Below, piece by piece: positions 10,010 to 19,621 of a stretch of 64,000 nt of DNA (positions within the stretch are counted from its first letter, which is position 1; each line of letters opens with the position of its first letter). Below the pieces are notes generated by a model. It was not told where the DNA came from. It did no database searches and saw nothing but the letters and a program-made list of their open reading frames with translations. The stretch is from a bacterium (GTDB lineage Bacteria; UBA8248), in assembly GCA_965261085.1 (NCBI GenBank), contig OZ253442.1, positions 2,048,001 to 2,112,000 on the forward strand. Direction: 5' to 3'. The position numbers and the translations under genes were made by a program.

Positions 10010-11002
10010 TCAGAAGCCTTTCACGACCTCGGCGGGCACCTTCACGCCGCGTTCTTTCCAGTAACGCGCGGCTGCGGGGTGCACCAAGATACCGTGAACT
10101 TTCAGCGCGTTGAAGTTGCCGCTCAGGTCACGCCAGTAGCGCGCCGTCTTGGTCAACTGCTTGAGGTTCTCGGGAGAGGCGATGACCTTGAGCATGTTGT
10201 ATACGGCGTCGTTGGACATCTGCTTGTGCGCGATCCACCAGACGTCATAGGCGATGGAGCGCGCGGGAGCCTTCATTCCCAAGACTTCTTTTTGCGGGGG
10301 AATGGTGATCGGCACGTAGAACTTGTGAGCGCCGGTCACCTTCTTCTGCTCGGCCTCGCTCAAGCTGATGTAGCGCACCGGCTTCTGGATGGAGAGCCGG
10401 GTGAGGGCCGGGATGGTGAAGGGGGCTCCGGCGGAGCAGTACACGTCGACCTGGCGGTCGCCCAGGGCGCGGCCCGAGGCGGAGAAGCCCAGGTAGCGCG
10501 GCTTGATCTTGTCGAGGATGCCGATGGCGGCGAATATGTTCTTGCAGTTCACGTGGCTGCCCGTTCCCTGCTTGAGCAGGTTCACCCTCTTGCCCACCAT
10601 GTCCATGTAGGACTTGATGGGGCTGTCCGCCAGCACGGCGATGATCTGCGACTGGGCGCGGACGTTGGCGACGATGCGGAAGTTCTTGTTGGCGCCGTCT
10701 TTCTTGAACAGGCCGGTGCCCGTCCAGGACTGATAGACCTGGCCCACGTGTCCCCACGAGGTGGCGAATTCGCCCAGGCTCACGCGGCGGACGTTCGCCA
10801 CCGAACCGGCCGAGGGGGAATACTGGTAGTAGAATTTCTTGCCGAGTTTTCTGTTGAGAAGCTGGGTTCCCGCGCTGATGGAGGGATGCCACGCGCCGCC
10901 GGAGGGGCCTCCGCCGAAACGGTAGCGCTCGGCGGCGTCCGCTGCGCAGATCGTGAACGCCACGGCTGCCGCCACTGTTGCAAAGAATGCGAATTTCTTC
11001 AT
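10010..11002 (-). CDS. TAXI family TRAP solute-binding protein
   Basis: Signal peptide; GGPSGGAW, GSVAN and HPAAARYWKE motifs. Confidence 0.92.
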   Translation of the reverse strand: MKKFAFFATVAAAVAFTICAADAAERYRFGGGPSGGAWHPSISAGTQLLNRKLGKKFYYQYSPSAGSVANVRRVSLGEFATSWGHVGQVYQSWTGTGLFKKDGANKNFRIVANVRAQSQIIAVLADSPIKSYMDMVGKRVNLLKQGTGSHVNCKNIFAAIGILDKIKPRYLGFSASGRALGDRQVDVYCSAGAPFTIPALTRLSIQKPVRYISLSEAEQKKVTGAHKFYVPITIPPQKEVLGMKAPARSIAYDVWWIAHKQMSNDAVYNMLKVIASPENLKQLTKTARYWRDLSGNFNALKVHGILVHPAAARYWKERGVKVPAEVVKGF

Positions 11003-11359
11003 TACGGGCTCCTTTTTATGGTGAAATCGTGCACGATTTATGGTGATGACGCCTCATCACCGGATGAACGCTTCAAGCCCTGGAGAGTTCCCCGTGAGCC
11101 CAAGGCCACTCTATCTTCAAACAATCTCCTCCCCATCATTCGCACGGCGGGGCGCGCGTCTTTGTTTACGCTGATGAGAATGACTCATTATCTCCGCTGA
11201 AAAATCTGTGTCAAGGCCTTTGGCGTCGCGCGCAGGAGGCCCCGGAAGCGAGAGCATTTTCTCTTCATGTGTGATAAGGAATAGGAAATCAGACGGAATC
11301 CATTGCTCCACTATTTAGAGAAATTCAAACTCCATGATGTCTCAATCTAATGGGAGAAG

Positions 11360-12343
11360 ATGATGAAGATCATACACGTGCATGAATTCGGCGACCCCGA
11401 GGTGATGGTTCTGGAGGAGGCGGCGGACCCGGCGCCCGCAGCGGGGCAAATCCTGGTCGACGTGAAGGCGGCGGGCGTGAACCCCGTGGACACCACCTTT
11501 CGCTCGGGCGCGCATCCGCTCTCCAAAAGCCTGGCGCTGCCCTGGACGCCCGGCATCGACGCTGCGGGCGATGTGATAGCCGTCGGAGACGGCGTAAGCG
11601 CCTTCTCCCCCGGCGACAGGGTCTTCGGCGCAGCCACAAGCGGCGCTTACGCCGAAAAGGCGCTCTTGAATCCATTCCGCACGGCGAAACTCCCCGACAA
11701 CCTCTCGTATGAAGAAGGCGCGTCCTTGCCGGTGGTCTTGTACACGGCCTATTACGCGCTGATTTACAAGGCGGGCATCAAGGCGGGCGAGACGGTGCTC
11801 ATCCACGCGGGCGCGGGCGGCGTGGGCTGCATGGGGATTCAGATCGCGAAAGCCGCCGGTGCGCGCGTCATCACCACGGTGAGTTCCGAGGAAAAGGCCG
11901 CGTTTTGCCGCGAGTTCGACGCCGACGTGGTGATCAACTACCGCGAGGAGGATTTCGCCGAGCGCTGCCTCGCCGAGACCGACGGGCGCGGGGTGGATTC
12001 GGTGGTCGAGATGGTGGTGGTGGAGAATTTCGACGCCGACTGCCGGGCGGTGAAGAAATACGGCTGCATCGTCGTCCTGGGGGCCGGCACGGGCAAAAAC
12101 CCCGTTGGTTCGGTGAACTATCCGCCGTTTTACTCCAAAGACATCGACGTGCGGGGGATGAGCCTGTTCAACTCCGACCCCGTTTTCCCGGAAATGGTGC
12201 GTCAGTTGGATCTGATGCTGGCCGATGGCAGGGTGCGCGCCTCGGTGGGAGAGACGATGCCGCTCGCAGAGGCGGCGCGCTCCCACGACGTGCTCATGAC
12301 GGGAAAGGTTTTCGGGAAAATCGTTTTGACGATGGGCGGCTAG
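11360..12343 (+). CDS. NADPH:quinone reductase (zeta-crystallin, MDR family)
   Basis: AAGVNPVD, AGAGGVG and GKIVL motifs. Confidence 0.9.
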   Translation: MMKIIHVHEFGDPEVMVLEEAADPAPAAGQILVDVKAAGVNPVDTTFRSGAHPLSKSLALPWTPGIDAAGDVIAVGDGVSAFSPGDRVFGAATSGAYAEKALLNPFRTAKLPDNLSYEEGASLPVVLYTAYYALIYKAGIKAGETVLIHAGAGGVGCMGIQIAKAAGARVITTVSSEEKAAFCREFDADVVINYREEDFAERCLAETDGRGVDSVVEMVVVENFDADCRAVKKYGCIVVLGAGTGKNPVGSVNYPPFYSKDIDVRGMSLFNSDPVFPEMVRQLDLMLADGRVRASVGETMPLAEAARSHDVLMTGKVFGKIVLTMGG

Positions 12344-12373
12344 CCGCCGCATCGGAGCATCTGGTGAACCCAC

Positions 12374-12676
12374 ATGAATGACGATGCGATTCAGCCGGGA
12401 ATTGCGGGGACGTATTCCGTCGTCGTGGCGGATGAGCACGCGCCCCAGCACCTAAGGGGTACGAACGCCGAGGTGGTGGCGACGCCCAAGGGGATGCGGA
12501 TTGAGGCGCGGGCGCGGCATATCGAGCGTGAGGGAAGGCGCTGCGTGTTCCAAGTGGAGATTCACGACGAGGTGGAAGTCGTCGCCAGGGGAGAGAACGA
12601 GCGCTTTATCGTTCCCCGTGAGCGCACGAATAAAAAACTCATGCGGAAGATTGAAGAAGTTAATAAACGACAGTAA
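12374..12676 (+). pseudogene. FlK-like hotdog thioesterase with an internal in-frame deletion
   Basis: N-terminal (QPGI...VVATP) and C-terminal (GMRIEARA...GENERFIV) parts of FlK-type thioesterases are joined directly; the central helix and strand are missing. Confidence 0.6.
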
Positions 12677-12717
12677 TTCAAATCGATACGGATATCTCAC
12701 AAGATTCAAGGAAAGAC

Positions 12718-13890
12718 ATGGATGGTTTGGAAGGAATTCGGGTGCTGGACCTCACGCATTACGTGGCGGGTCCGTTCTGCACATTGATGATGGGCGACGC
12801 GGGCGCGGACGTGGTGAAGCTCGAACCGCCGGAGGGCGATCGCGTCCGGAATTTTCCGTCCTCCTTCGCCGGGGAGAGCAGGCTCTTTCTGGGACTCAAC
12901 CGCAGCAAGCGGAGTCTCGCACTCAACCTGCGCACGGAGCAGGGCAGGGAGATCGCCAAAAAACTCGCCTCACAAGTGGACGTGTTCGTGGAGGGTTATC
13001 GCCCCGGCGCCATCGAGAAATTCGGACTCGGCGCGGACGCCCTGATGCGCGAAAACCCCCGGCTCATCTATCTCTCGGTCTCCGCCTACGGGCAGGGTGG
13101 CCCTCTGCGCGAACGCCGGGGCATCGACCCCATCATCCAGACGACGGCGGGCATTCCCGCCGAGCAGGGAGCGGGCGGCGCGCCTGAACTCGTGCAGGGT
13201 TCTTTTGTGGATTACATGACGGGCGCGCTCGCACTCGGCGCGGTGATGATGGCGCTTTACGTGCGCGAGCGCACCGGCGAGGGCCAGCGCATCGACGCAT
13301 CGCTCCTGGGCGGGGCCACGGCCATGCAGTTCGGCCGCCTCATGTGGGCGAGCGATTCAGAACCCGTCTCTGAGGTGGAAGACGCCCTGAACGACAGGAT
13401 CGCCCGCGTCTATGAAGTTTCCGATGGACACATCTATCTCTACATGGACGTGGATGGTTTCTGGGAGAAATCCTGCGAGATTTTAGGCCTTCCCGAATTG
13501 CTTAAAGTCGATGCCTGGCGAACCTTCCGGGGAAGGCACGATGCGCGCGAAGTCATCATCCCCCGCGTTCAGGAGGTCTTGCGCACCGCGCCGGGCGAGG
13601 AGTGGGTGCGCAAGTTCGAGGGCGAGGGCGTGCCCTGCGCGCGCGTTAGGAAGCCCACGGATCTATATGAGGATCCCCAGATGAAGGCGATGGGCTATCT
13701 GGCGCAGGCCGAGCATCCCGAATACGGCGTTTTACAAATCGGAGGCGTGCCCGTGAAGTTCGATAAAACCCCATCCTCCGTGCGGAGGCCGCCGCCCATG
13801 CTGGGACAGCATACCGATGAGGTGCTGGCGGAGCTGGGTTTCTCCGAAGAAGAGATAGCCGCTCTCAGAACGGAGGACGTCGTCCGCTAG
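12718..13890 (+). CDS. CaiB/BaiF family (class III) CoA transferase
   Basis: IRVLDLTHYVAGP, GADVVKLEPP.GD, NRSKRS, catalytic Asp in FVDYMTG and PPMLGQHT. Confidence 0.93.
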   Translation: MDGLEGIRVLDLTHYVAGPFCTLMMGDAGADVVKLEPPEGDRVRNFPSSFAGESRLFLGLNRSKRSLALNLRTEQGREIAKKLASQVDVFVEGYRPGAIEKFGLGADALMRENPRLIYLSVSAYGQGGPLRERRGIDPIIQTTAGIPAEQGAGGAPELVQGSFVDYMTGALALGAVMMALYVRERTGEGQRIDASLLGGATAMQFGRLMWASDSEPVSEVEDALNDRIARVYEVSDGHIYLYMDVDGFWEKSCEILGLPELLKVDAWRTFRGRHDAREVIIPRVQEVLRTAPGEEWVRKFEGEGVPCARVRKPTDLYEDPQMKAMGYLAQAEHPEYGVLQIGGVPVKFDKTPSSVRRPPPMLGQHTDEVLAELGFSEEEIAALRTEDVVR

Positions 13891-14020
13891 CATATTTTAT
13901 ATTTTCAGTCGGGCGTATTGACCGAAAGACGCACCGCGCTTAGCATCCCGCCGGAATCCAAGACATATAAAATTTTCGGCGAAACTTTTTTTGCCATTTT
14001 AATCAAACGTGGAGAGGAAA

Positions 14021-15241
14021 ATGATTCGCAAACTACGCACCGAAAGAGACAACCAGCAGTGGATGCTCGACCTGGCCTTGAACATGAGAGGCCGCGTCCA
14101 GAACTTCGAGCGCGATTACCTGGAAGTCCCCCAGGGCAAGCGCGCGCACAACTACCAGATGCTGCCCAAGGTCTGGCGCGAGTCCGCAGAAGAACACGAG
14201 AAACTCGCCAAGAAGGCCCAGAGAGAAGGCTTTAACGCCACGGCCACGGAGCATTACGACCACGCCATCGAGGCCTACCGCATGGCGCAGCACCCGATAT
14301 TCTATGACGACAACCCGGTGAAGATTTATCTGTGCAACAAGCTCAAGGAGATGGTCGACAGGCGCTCCGAGACGGCCTCCTACCCCATCGAGCGCGTCGA
14401 GGTGCCCTTTGACGACGGCAAGACCATATCCTGCCTCCTGCACCTGCTGCCCGACCGCAGGAAAGCGCCCTGCATCATCTACGTGCCGGGCATGGACCAG
14501 AGCAAGGAAGTCTTCCCCCGCGCGCGGCACAACGTGGCGGCGGACCGGGGCTTTCACGTCCTGGCGATGGACGGTCCCGGACAAGGGAATTCCAACATCC
14601 AGAAAATCCGCGCCGTAGGCGACAACTACGAGCGCGCGGGCGCAGCGGTGATGGACTACCTCCTGGGGCGCGAGGAGATCGAGCCCACCAAGATCGGCAT
14701 CTACGGCATCAGCATGGGCAGCTTCTGGTCGCTCCGCCTGGCGAGTTACGATCACCGTGCGGCGGCTGTGGCGAGTGCGGTGGCGTGTTTCAACCCGAAC
14801 AACACCATCTTCACGCAGTCCTCGCCGCGCTTCAAGCAGGTGTTCATGTACATGGCGGGCATGGACGATGAAGATGCGTTCGACGAGATGGCGCGCAACA
14901 TGACCGTCAAGGGCTACATGGACAAGATCCAGTGCCCCACGCTGCTGGTGACGGGCGAGTTCGACCCGCTCTGCCCGCTCGAGGACGCCATCGAGGTGTA
15001 TGAGGATTTGACGTGTAAGAAAGAGATGTGGGTGTTCGAGAACCAGTTCCACCCCTTGGTGAGCTTGAAGAACCTGGGCGGCATGGACAACCACCAGTAC
15101 ATTTTGGATTGGCTGCACCGCGCCCTGATGGATGAGAACGTGAACGAGAGCCGCGTCGCCTACGTCAAGGAGAAAGGCGACGGGCCGTTCGGCGAGTGCG
15201 AGTGGACGCCTCCCGTAAGGCCCGGAGAGGTGTATTTCTAG
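14021..15241 (+). CDS. Alpha/beta hydrolase (2,6-dihydroxypseudooxynicotine hydrolase / FrsA-like)
   Basis: PGMDQSKE, DGPGQG, nucleophile motif GISMG, GEFDPL; RBS GGAGAGG. Confidence 0.8.
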   Translation: MIRKLRTERDNQQWMLDLALNMRGRVQNFERDYLEVPQGKRAHNYQMLPKVWRESAEEHEKLAKKAQREGFNATATEHYDHAIEAYRMAQHPIFYDDNPVKIYLCNKLKEMVDRRSETASYPIERVEVPFDDGKTISCLLHLLPDRRKAPCIIYVPGMDQSKEVFPRARHNVAADRGFHVLAMDGPGQGNSNIQKIRAVGDNYERAGAAVMDYLLGREEIEPTKIGIYGISMGSFWSLRLASYDHRAAAVASAVACFNPNNTIFTQSSPRFKQVFMYMAGMDDEDAFDEMARNMTVKGYMDKIQCPTLLVTGEFDPLCPLEDAIEVYEDLTCKKEMWVFENQFHPLVSLKNLGGMDNHQYILDWLHRALMDENVNESRVAYVKEKGDGPFGECEWTPPVRPGEVYF

Positions 15242-15345
15242 GAAGAGCGGAGAGGGCCGGGCATCCATTCGGCAGGGGGGAACTCCTCATTTGGGGTTCA
15301 CTCCCCCCTGGAGATGCATTGCCTATCGACGAGAGAGGAGAAAAC

Positions 15346-15516
15346 CACTCCCCCCTTGAGGGGGAGTCAGTGAGCTAAGGGCAAAAGCCCGCAAGCGAAC
15401 TGGTGGGGGGTATGGTTCTGAAATATGGGTTCTCCACAAAATGGGATTCACCCCTCACCGACTCAGCCTTCGCATAAACCGCTCGGCTTCGCCGACTCCC
15501 CCTCAAGGGGGGAGTG
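15346..15516. repeat. REPIN-like element, family A
   Basis: CACTCCCCCCTTGAGGGGGAGTC at 15346 and its inverted copy ending at 15516; recurs near 17.5, 32.5, 33.9, 34.1 and 37.2 kb. Confidence 0.8.
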
Positions 15517-15669
15517 AACCGCGGCCGATCTGGTATAGAGTTTCACCGAATCGAAGTTTCCCGGGAGGCGCTCATGTTTTCTGCAGGTCTTGAATCCCTC
15601 GTCGTATCGCCGGCCGCCGCTCCCCGGTTTTTCGGCGTCAGCGTCTCCCCGAGCCGGTAAGCCCACTCC

Positions 15670-16545
15670 TTGGATCACCACCTCGCCATAGTTTTGAGTC
15701 TCGTGGCGTCGGTTTCGTTCGCCGTCTTCAGCATCGTTGCGAGAAAGGGGCTGGGGGAGACCTCGCCCTACGTCGGCGCCCTCATCGGACTGGCGATAGG
15801 GATTCCGATTCTGGGGGGTCTCTCCCTCGTCTTCTCGGACTGGGGCGGACTCACTTACAAGGCGGCGCTGTGGTTCTTCGTGGGCGGAATCCTCGCGCCG
15901 GGCTTCAGCCGGTTTCTTCTTTTTTTAGGCTACAGAACCATCGGCGTGGGCCGCACCATGCCTCTGGTGACGATTACCCCTTTCCTCGCGACGCTGGTGG
16001 CGATCGCCTGGCTCGGGGAGAGACCGGACGTAGCTGTCTGGCTCGCCATTTTTTTCGTCACGGCGGGGTGCCTGTTCCTGACGGTGAAGCCCGAGGGGGA
16101 TTCCGACTGGCGGCGGATTCACATGATCTATCCTTTTCTGCACGCCTTCGTGATGGCCTTCGCCTCTACAATGAGGCGCTATGGGTTGCTTCTGTATGGA
16201 GACTTCATCATCGGCGCGCTGATTGCGAACGTCGTCTCCCTGCCCACGCTCCTGCTGTTCGCTCCCGCCCTGCCCAAGGCCGAGCGTTTCCGTATGGACA
16301 AAAGGGGGCTTGCATGGTTCACGGTCGCGGGCATCATCAACGCGGTGGCGTATATCACGTTTTTCGCCGCGTTTCAGTATGGAGAAGTGTTCATCGTCAT
16401 GCCCTTGAGCTATACGGCTCCTTTGTTCTCCTTGCTGCTCGCGCGGGTCTGGCTGAAGGAGGAGGAGAAACTGACGTGGCAAAAATGGGCCGGCGCGGCC
16501 CTGCTCTTTTTCGGCACGGTCATCATCGCCTGGGCGAGCGCGTAG
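15670..16545 (+). CDS. DMT/EamA family transporter
   Basis: About 10 TM segments; LGERP and APLFSLLLARVWLK motifs; TTG start. Confidence 0.88.
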   Translation: MDHHLAIVLSLVASVSFAVFSIVARKGLGETSPYVGALIGLAIGIPILGGLSLVFSDWGGLTYKAALWFFVGGILAPGFSRFLLFLGYRTIGVGRTMPLVTITPFLATLVAIAWLGERPDVAVWLAIFFVTAGCLFLTVKPEGDSDWRRIHMIYPFLHAFVMAFASTMRRYGLLLYGDFIIGALIANVVSLPTLLLFAPALPKAERFRMDKRGLAWFTVAGIINAVAYITFFAAFQYGEVFIVMPLSYTAPLFSLLLARVWLKEEEKLTWQKWAGAALLFFGTVIIAWASA

Positions 16546-16579
16546 GCGAAATGGAAAAAGCCTCAAACTGGAGAACGCC

Positions 16580-17455
16580 TTGAATCCCATGTTGGCCTCG
16601 TTTTTTGCGCTCGCCTCCTCAGTGCTCTTCGCCGTCTTCAGCGTCATGGCGCGAAGGACCATGCGCCACACGAGCGCCTTCACGGGCAGCCTGGTGACGC
16701 TGAGCATCGGGACGGTGGTTCTGGTGGTCGTTTCCGCCTTTTTTTCCTCATGGGACAAGCTCACGCTGCCGGTCGCCTTGTGGTTTCTGGCGGGCGGCGC
16801 GCTCGCGCCCGGAATGGCGCAGGCGCTCATGTTCCTGAGCATCAGCTATATCGGGGTGGGCCGCGCCATGCCGCTCATCACGGTGACGCCTTTTTTCTCC
16901 ACGCTCGTGGCGATGGCCTGGCTGGGCGAGCGACCGGGCGTCGTGGTATTAGGCGCGACGATTTTCGTGGTCGCGGGATGCGTTCTGCTGGCCCTGAAAA
17001 GAGTAGGGGAAAAGCCCTGGCGGAGGATTTTCATCCTCATGCCGCTGGCGCACGCTATCTCGTTCGCCTTCGCCGCATCCATCAGAAAACAGGCGATCAC
17101 TCTCATGCCCGAACCGCTGCTGGGGGCCACGCTTTCCTATGTGATTTCCATTCCCGTGCTGTTCCTGTTCTATCCCTTCCTGCCGGAAGATGAGCGTATC
17201 TCCTTCAACCGGGCGGGCGTGAAGGGATTCGCGCTGGCGGGCTCGATTCTCACGCTTTCTTTTTTCTGCCACTTCACGTCGTATCGCTACGGGGACGTCT
17301 CGATCATCGCCCCCATCGTGTATACGGCCCCGCTGTTCTCCCTGCTGCTGGCGCGAGTCTGGCTCAAGGGAGAGGAGGAGATTACCTGGCAGAAAACCGC
17401 CGGCGCCGTCTTGTTGTTCATCGGGATGGTGGTGATCATCTGGCAGGCCGCGTGA
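16580..17455 (+). CDS. DMT/EamA family transporter (tandem paralog)
   Basis: Same length (291 aa) and motifs as the upstream gene; RBS GGAGA; TTG start. Confidence 0.88.
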   Translation: MNPMLASFFALASSVLFAVFSVMARRTMRHTSAFTGSLVTLSIGTVVLVVVSAFFSSWDKLTLPVALWFLAGGALAPGMAQALMFLSISYIGVGRAMPLITVTPFFSTLVAMAWLGERPGVVVLGATIFVVAGCVLLALKRVGEKPWRRIFILMPLAHAISFAFAASIRKQAITLMPEPLLGATLSYVISIPVLFLFYPFLPEDERISFNRAGVKGFALAGSILTLSFFCHFTSYRYGDVSIIAPIVYTAPLFSLLLARVWLKGEEEITWQKTAGAVLLFIGMVVIIWQAA

Positions 17456-17496
17456 CGTAAGGGGGCACCCCTACCGAGAAACTTGGTATTCAATGT

Positions 17497-17772
17497 CACT
17501 CCCTCTTGAGGGTTAAACGCGACCGGGGAGGAAGGAGATTCACTCCCCCCTTGTTTGCAATCACTCCCTTGAGGGTCGGGCTTTCCGAGGGGAAAGTCCG
17601 TCGGCAAGGCGAGGACGGAGTCTGAAGCCGCGCCGGTGGGGGGTATGATTCTCAAATATAGGTTACCCAGAAAAGTATAAGCTCCCCCCACCAGTTCGGT
17701 TGCGGGCTTACGCCCTTACCTCACTGACAATCCCTCATTCTTCAATCGGGCTTGACCCTCAAGGGGGGAGTG
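17497..17772. repeat. Degenerate cluster of family A REPIN elements
   Basis: Several CACTCCC..TTGAGGG partial copies and an inverted CCCTCAAGGGGGGAGTG. Confidence 0.7.
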
Positions 17773-17802
17773 GTTCTCCTATTTTTTGATCGGACTTCAC
17801 CC

Positions 17803-17879
17803 GTAGGGGCGGACCTGCGTGTCCGCCCGGTTTCATGACGACCGCCTCGGCACGGGAGAACACGCAGGTTCTCCCCTAC
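17803..17879. repeat. GTAG-type REP doublet, family B
   Basis: GTAGGGGCGGACCTGCGTGTCCGCCC followed by inverted GGGAGAACACGCAGGTTCTCCCCTAC. Confidence 0.75.
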
Positions 17880-18007
17880 AAACCCACCTCTTTTTATAGC
17901 CGCCCATTTGGACAGGCGCGTCGCAGGAGTGATACGTTTTTTCCCAATAACAATTCCGGTTTCCATGCGCGCGCCAGGGCGCATCTTGAGGCGAAAGGGG
18001 GTTGAAC

Positions 18008-19111
18008 ATGCAGGCTGATCTGTTCCGCGTGGCGATGGATTCACCAGACGACATATCCGGCGTGGTCGCTCTCGTCGAGGAGGGTAAATGCAGGCCCGAG
18101 GAAATCGTCGGCATCATGGGCAAGACCGAAGGAAACGGCTGCGTGAACGATTTTTCCCGGGGGTTCAGCAATTTCGTCCTGCTCGATTATTTTTCAAGAG
18201 TGACGGGAAAGAAGCGTGAGGAGGTGGAAGAGCAGATCGCCCTCATCATGTCCGGGGGAACCGAGGGGGTCATGTGTCCACACTTTTCGGTGTTCTCCAG
18301 ATCGGAGAACGGCGGAGGCGACGGAAGCGCGAAGCGCCTCGCCATCGCCTCGGGCCACACGACGGATTTTCTTCCCGAGGAGATGGGCAGGATGGCGCAG
18401 ATACACGCGACGGCCGACCTCGTCCGGCGATTGATGGAAGAGGCGCAAATCGAAAGCGTAGAGGATCTGCATTTCGTTCAGGTGAAGTGCCCGCTCCTGA
18501 CCGGGGACCGCATGGCGGACGCCTTAGGGCGCGGGAAGACGCTCTGCACCGAGGACACTTATAAGTCCATGGGATACTCACGCGGCGCATCGGCGCTGGG
18601 CGTGGCCCTGGCGGCGGGCGAGGTGGAAGAGAATCAGTTGAGCGACGACGTGGTTTGTAAGGATTGGTCGCTGCAATCGGGTGTCGCCTCCACCTCCGCG
18701 GGAATCGAATTGATGTGCAACGAGGTGATGGTCATCGGCAACAGCGCGGCCTGGGGCGGAGAACTGGTCGTCGGCCACAGCGTCATGCAAGACGCCATCG
18801 ACCGGGACGCGGTTCGCGAAGCCATCGTGAACGCGGGGATTTCATTCGACTGGGCGCTCTCACCCGAGGAGCGCGGGCGAATCGTCAACGTCTTTGCGAA
18901 ATGCGAGGCCTCCCCCGACGGCCTGGTGCGGGGCCGCAGGCACACGATGCTCGATGATTCGGACATCAACAATACGCGCCACGCCCGCTCGGTCGTGAAC
19001 GCCGTGGTCTCCTCCGTCGTCGGCGACCCGATGATGTTCGTCTCGGGAGGCGCTGAGCACCAGGGTCCTCCCGGCGGCGGGCCCGTCGCGGCCGTCGTCC
19101 GGGCGGAGTAG
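18008..19111 (+). CDS. atzD: Ring-opening amidohydrolase, cyanuric acid hydrolase (AtzD)/barbiturase family, cyanuric-acid-hydrolase type
   Basis: GKTEGNGCVNDF, MSGGTEG, VQVKCPLLT, SMGYSRGASALG, STSAG, RHAR and VSGGAEHQGPPGGGPVA motifs. Confidence 0.9.
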   Translation: MQADLFRVAMDSPDDISGVVALVEEGKCRPEEIVGIMGKTEGNGCVNDFSRGFSNFVLLDYFSRVTGKKREEVEEQIALIMSGGTEGVMCPHFSVFSRSENGGGDGSAKRLAIASGHTTDFLPEEMGRMAQIHATADLVRRLMEEAQIESVEDLHFVQVKCPLLTGDRMADALGRGKTLCTEDTYKSMGYSRGASALGVALAAGEVEENQLSDDVVCKDWSLQSGVASTSAGIELMCNEVMVIGNSAAWGGELVVGHSVMQDAIDRDAVREAIVNAGISFDWALSPEERGRIVNVFAKCEASPDGLVRGRRHTMLDDSDINNTRHARSVVNAVVSSVVGDPMMFVSGGAEHQGPPGGGPVAAVVRAE

Positions 19112-19209
19112 GCGTCCCTCGATACGGCGCAAAAGCGCGCCTACTCGGGATGAGGGATGTGTATATATTATAAGGATAAGGAGGGTGGACTCTCCGCCGG
19201 GCTTCCCTT

Positions 19210-19597
19210 GTAGGGACAGGTCGCGACCTGTCCATTGAATTCTTTGTCAACCGAAACGAAAAAAGGGCGGACACATAGGTCCTCCCCTACAATCCCATCG
19301 CGTTTTGCGTAGGGCAGCCCCTCCTTCATCAGTCGGAGTTGACTATGTCTCCGCCCAGGCCCCCTTGGTTATCCTTCGCAAATCAGGGTGTCGTGTAGGG
19401 GCGGACCTATGTGTCCGCCCTGCCCCCTGTGGTTGTCCATTGCAGAACGGGGCTTCGGACAGGTCGCGACCTGTCCCTACGGGCTGTCAAGGTTTTCCGT
19501 AGGGGCCGCATATATGCGGCCCTCATGGCACGAACCGGTCGGGTCGGTCGGGTCGCATGTATGCGTGGGGCGGTCCCGAATAGGAACCGCCACCTAC
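19210..19597. repeat. Cluster of GTAG-type REPs, family B
   Basis: At least six palindromes bounded by GTAG/CTAC, e.g. GTAGGGACAGGTCGCGACCTGTCC and GTAGGGGCGGACCTATGTGTCCGCCC. Confidence 0.8.
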
Positions 19598-19621
19598 AAA
19601 ACCATTCTCCCCGAGAGGATT

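Noticed and set aside
14033-15268. 411-aa antisense ORF, and similar ones at 3911, 9770, 21030, 22093, 43844 and 59684
   Set aside because: Antisense to well-supported genes; artefacts of GC-rich codon usage
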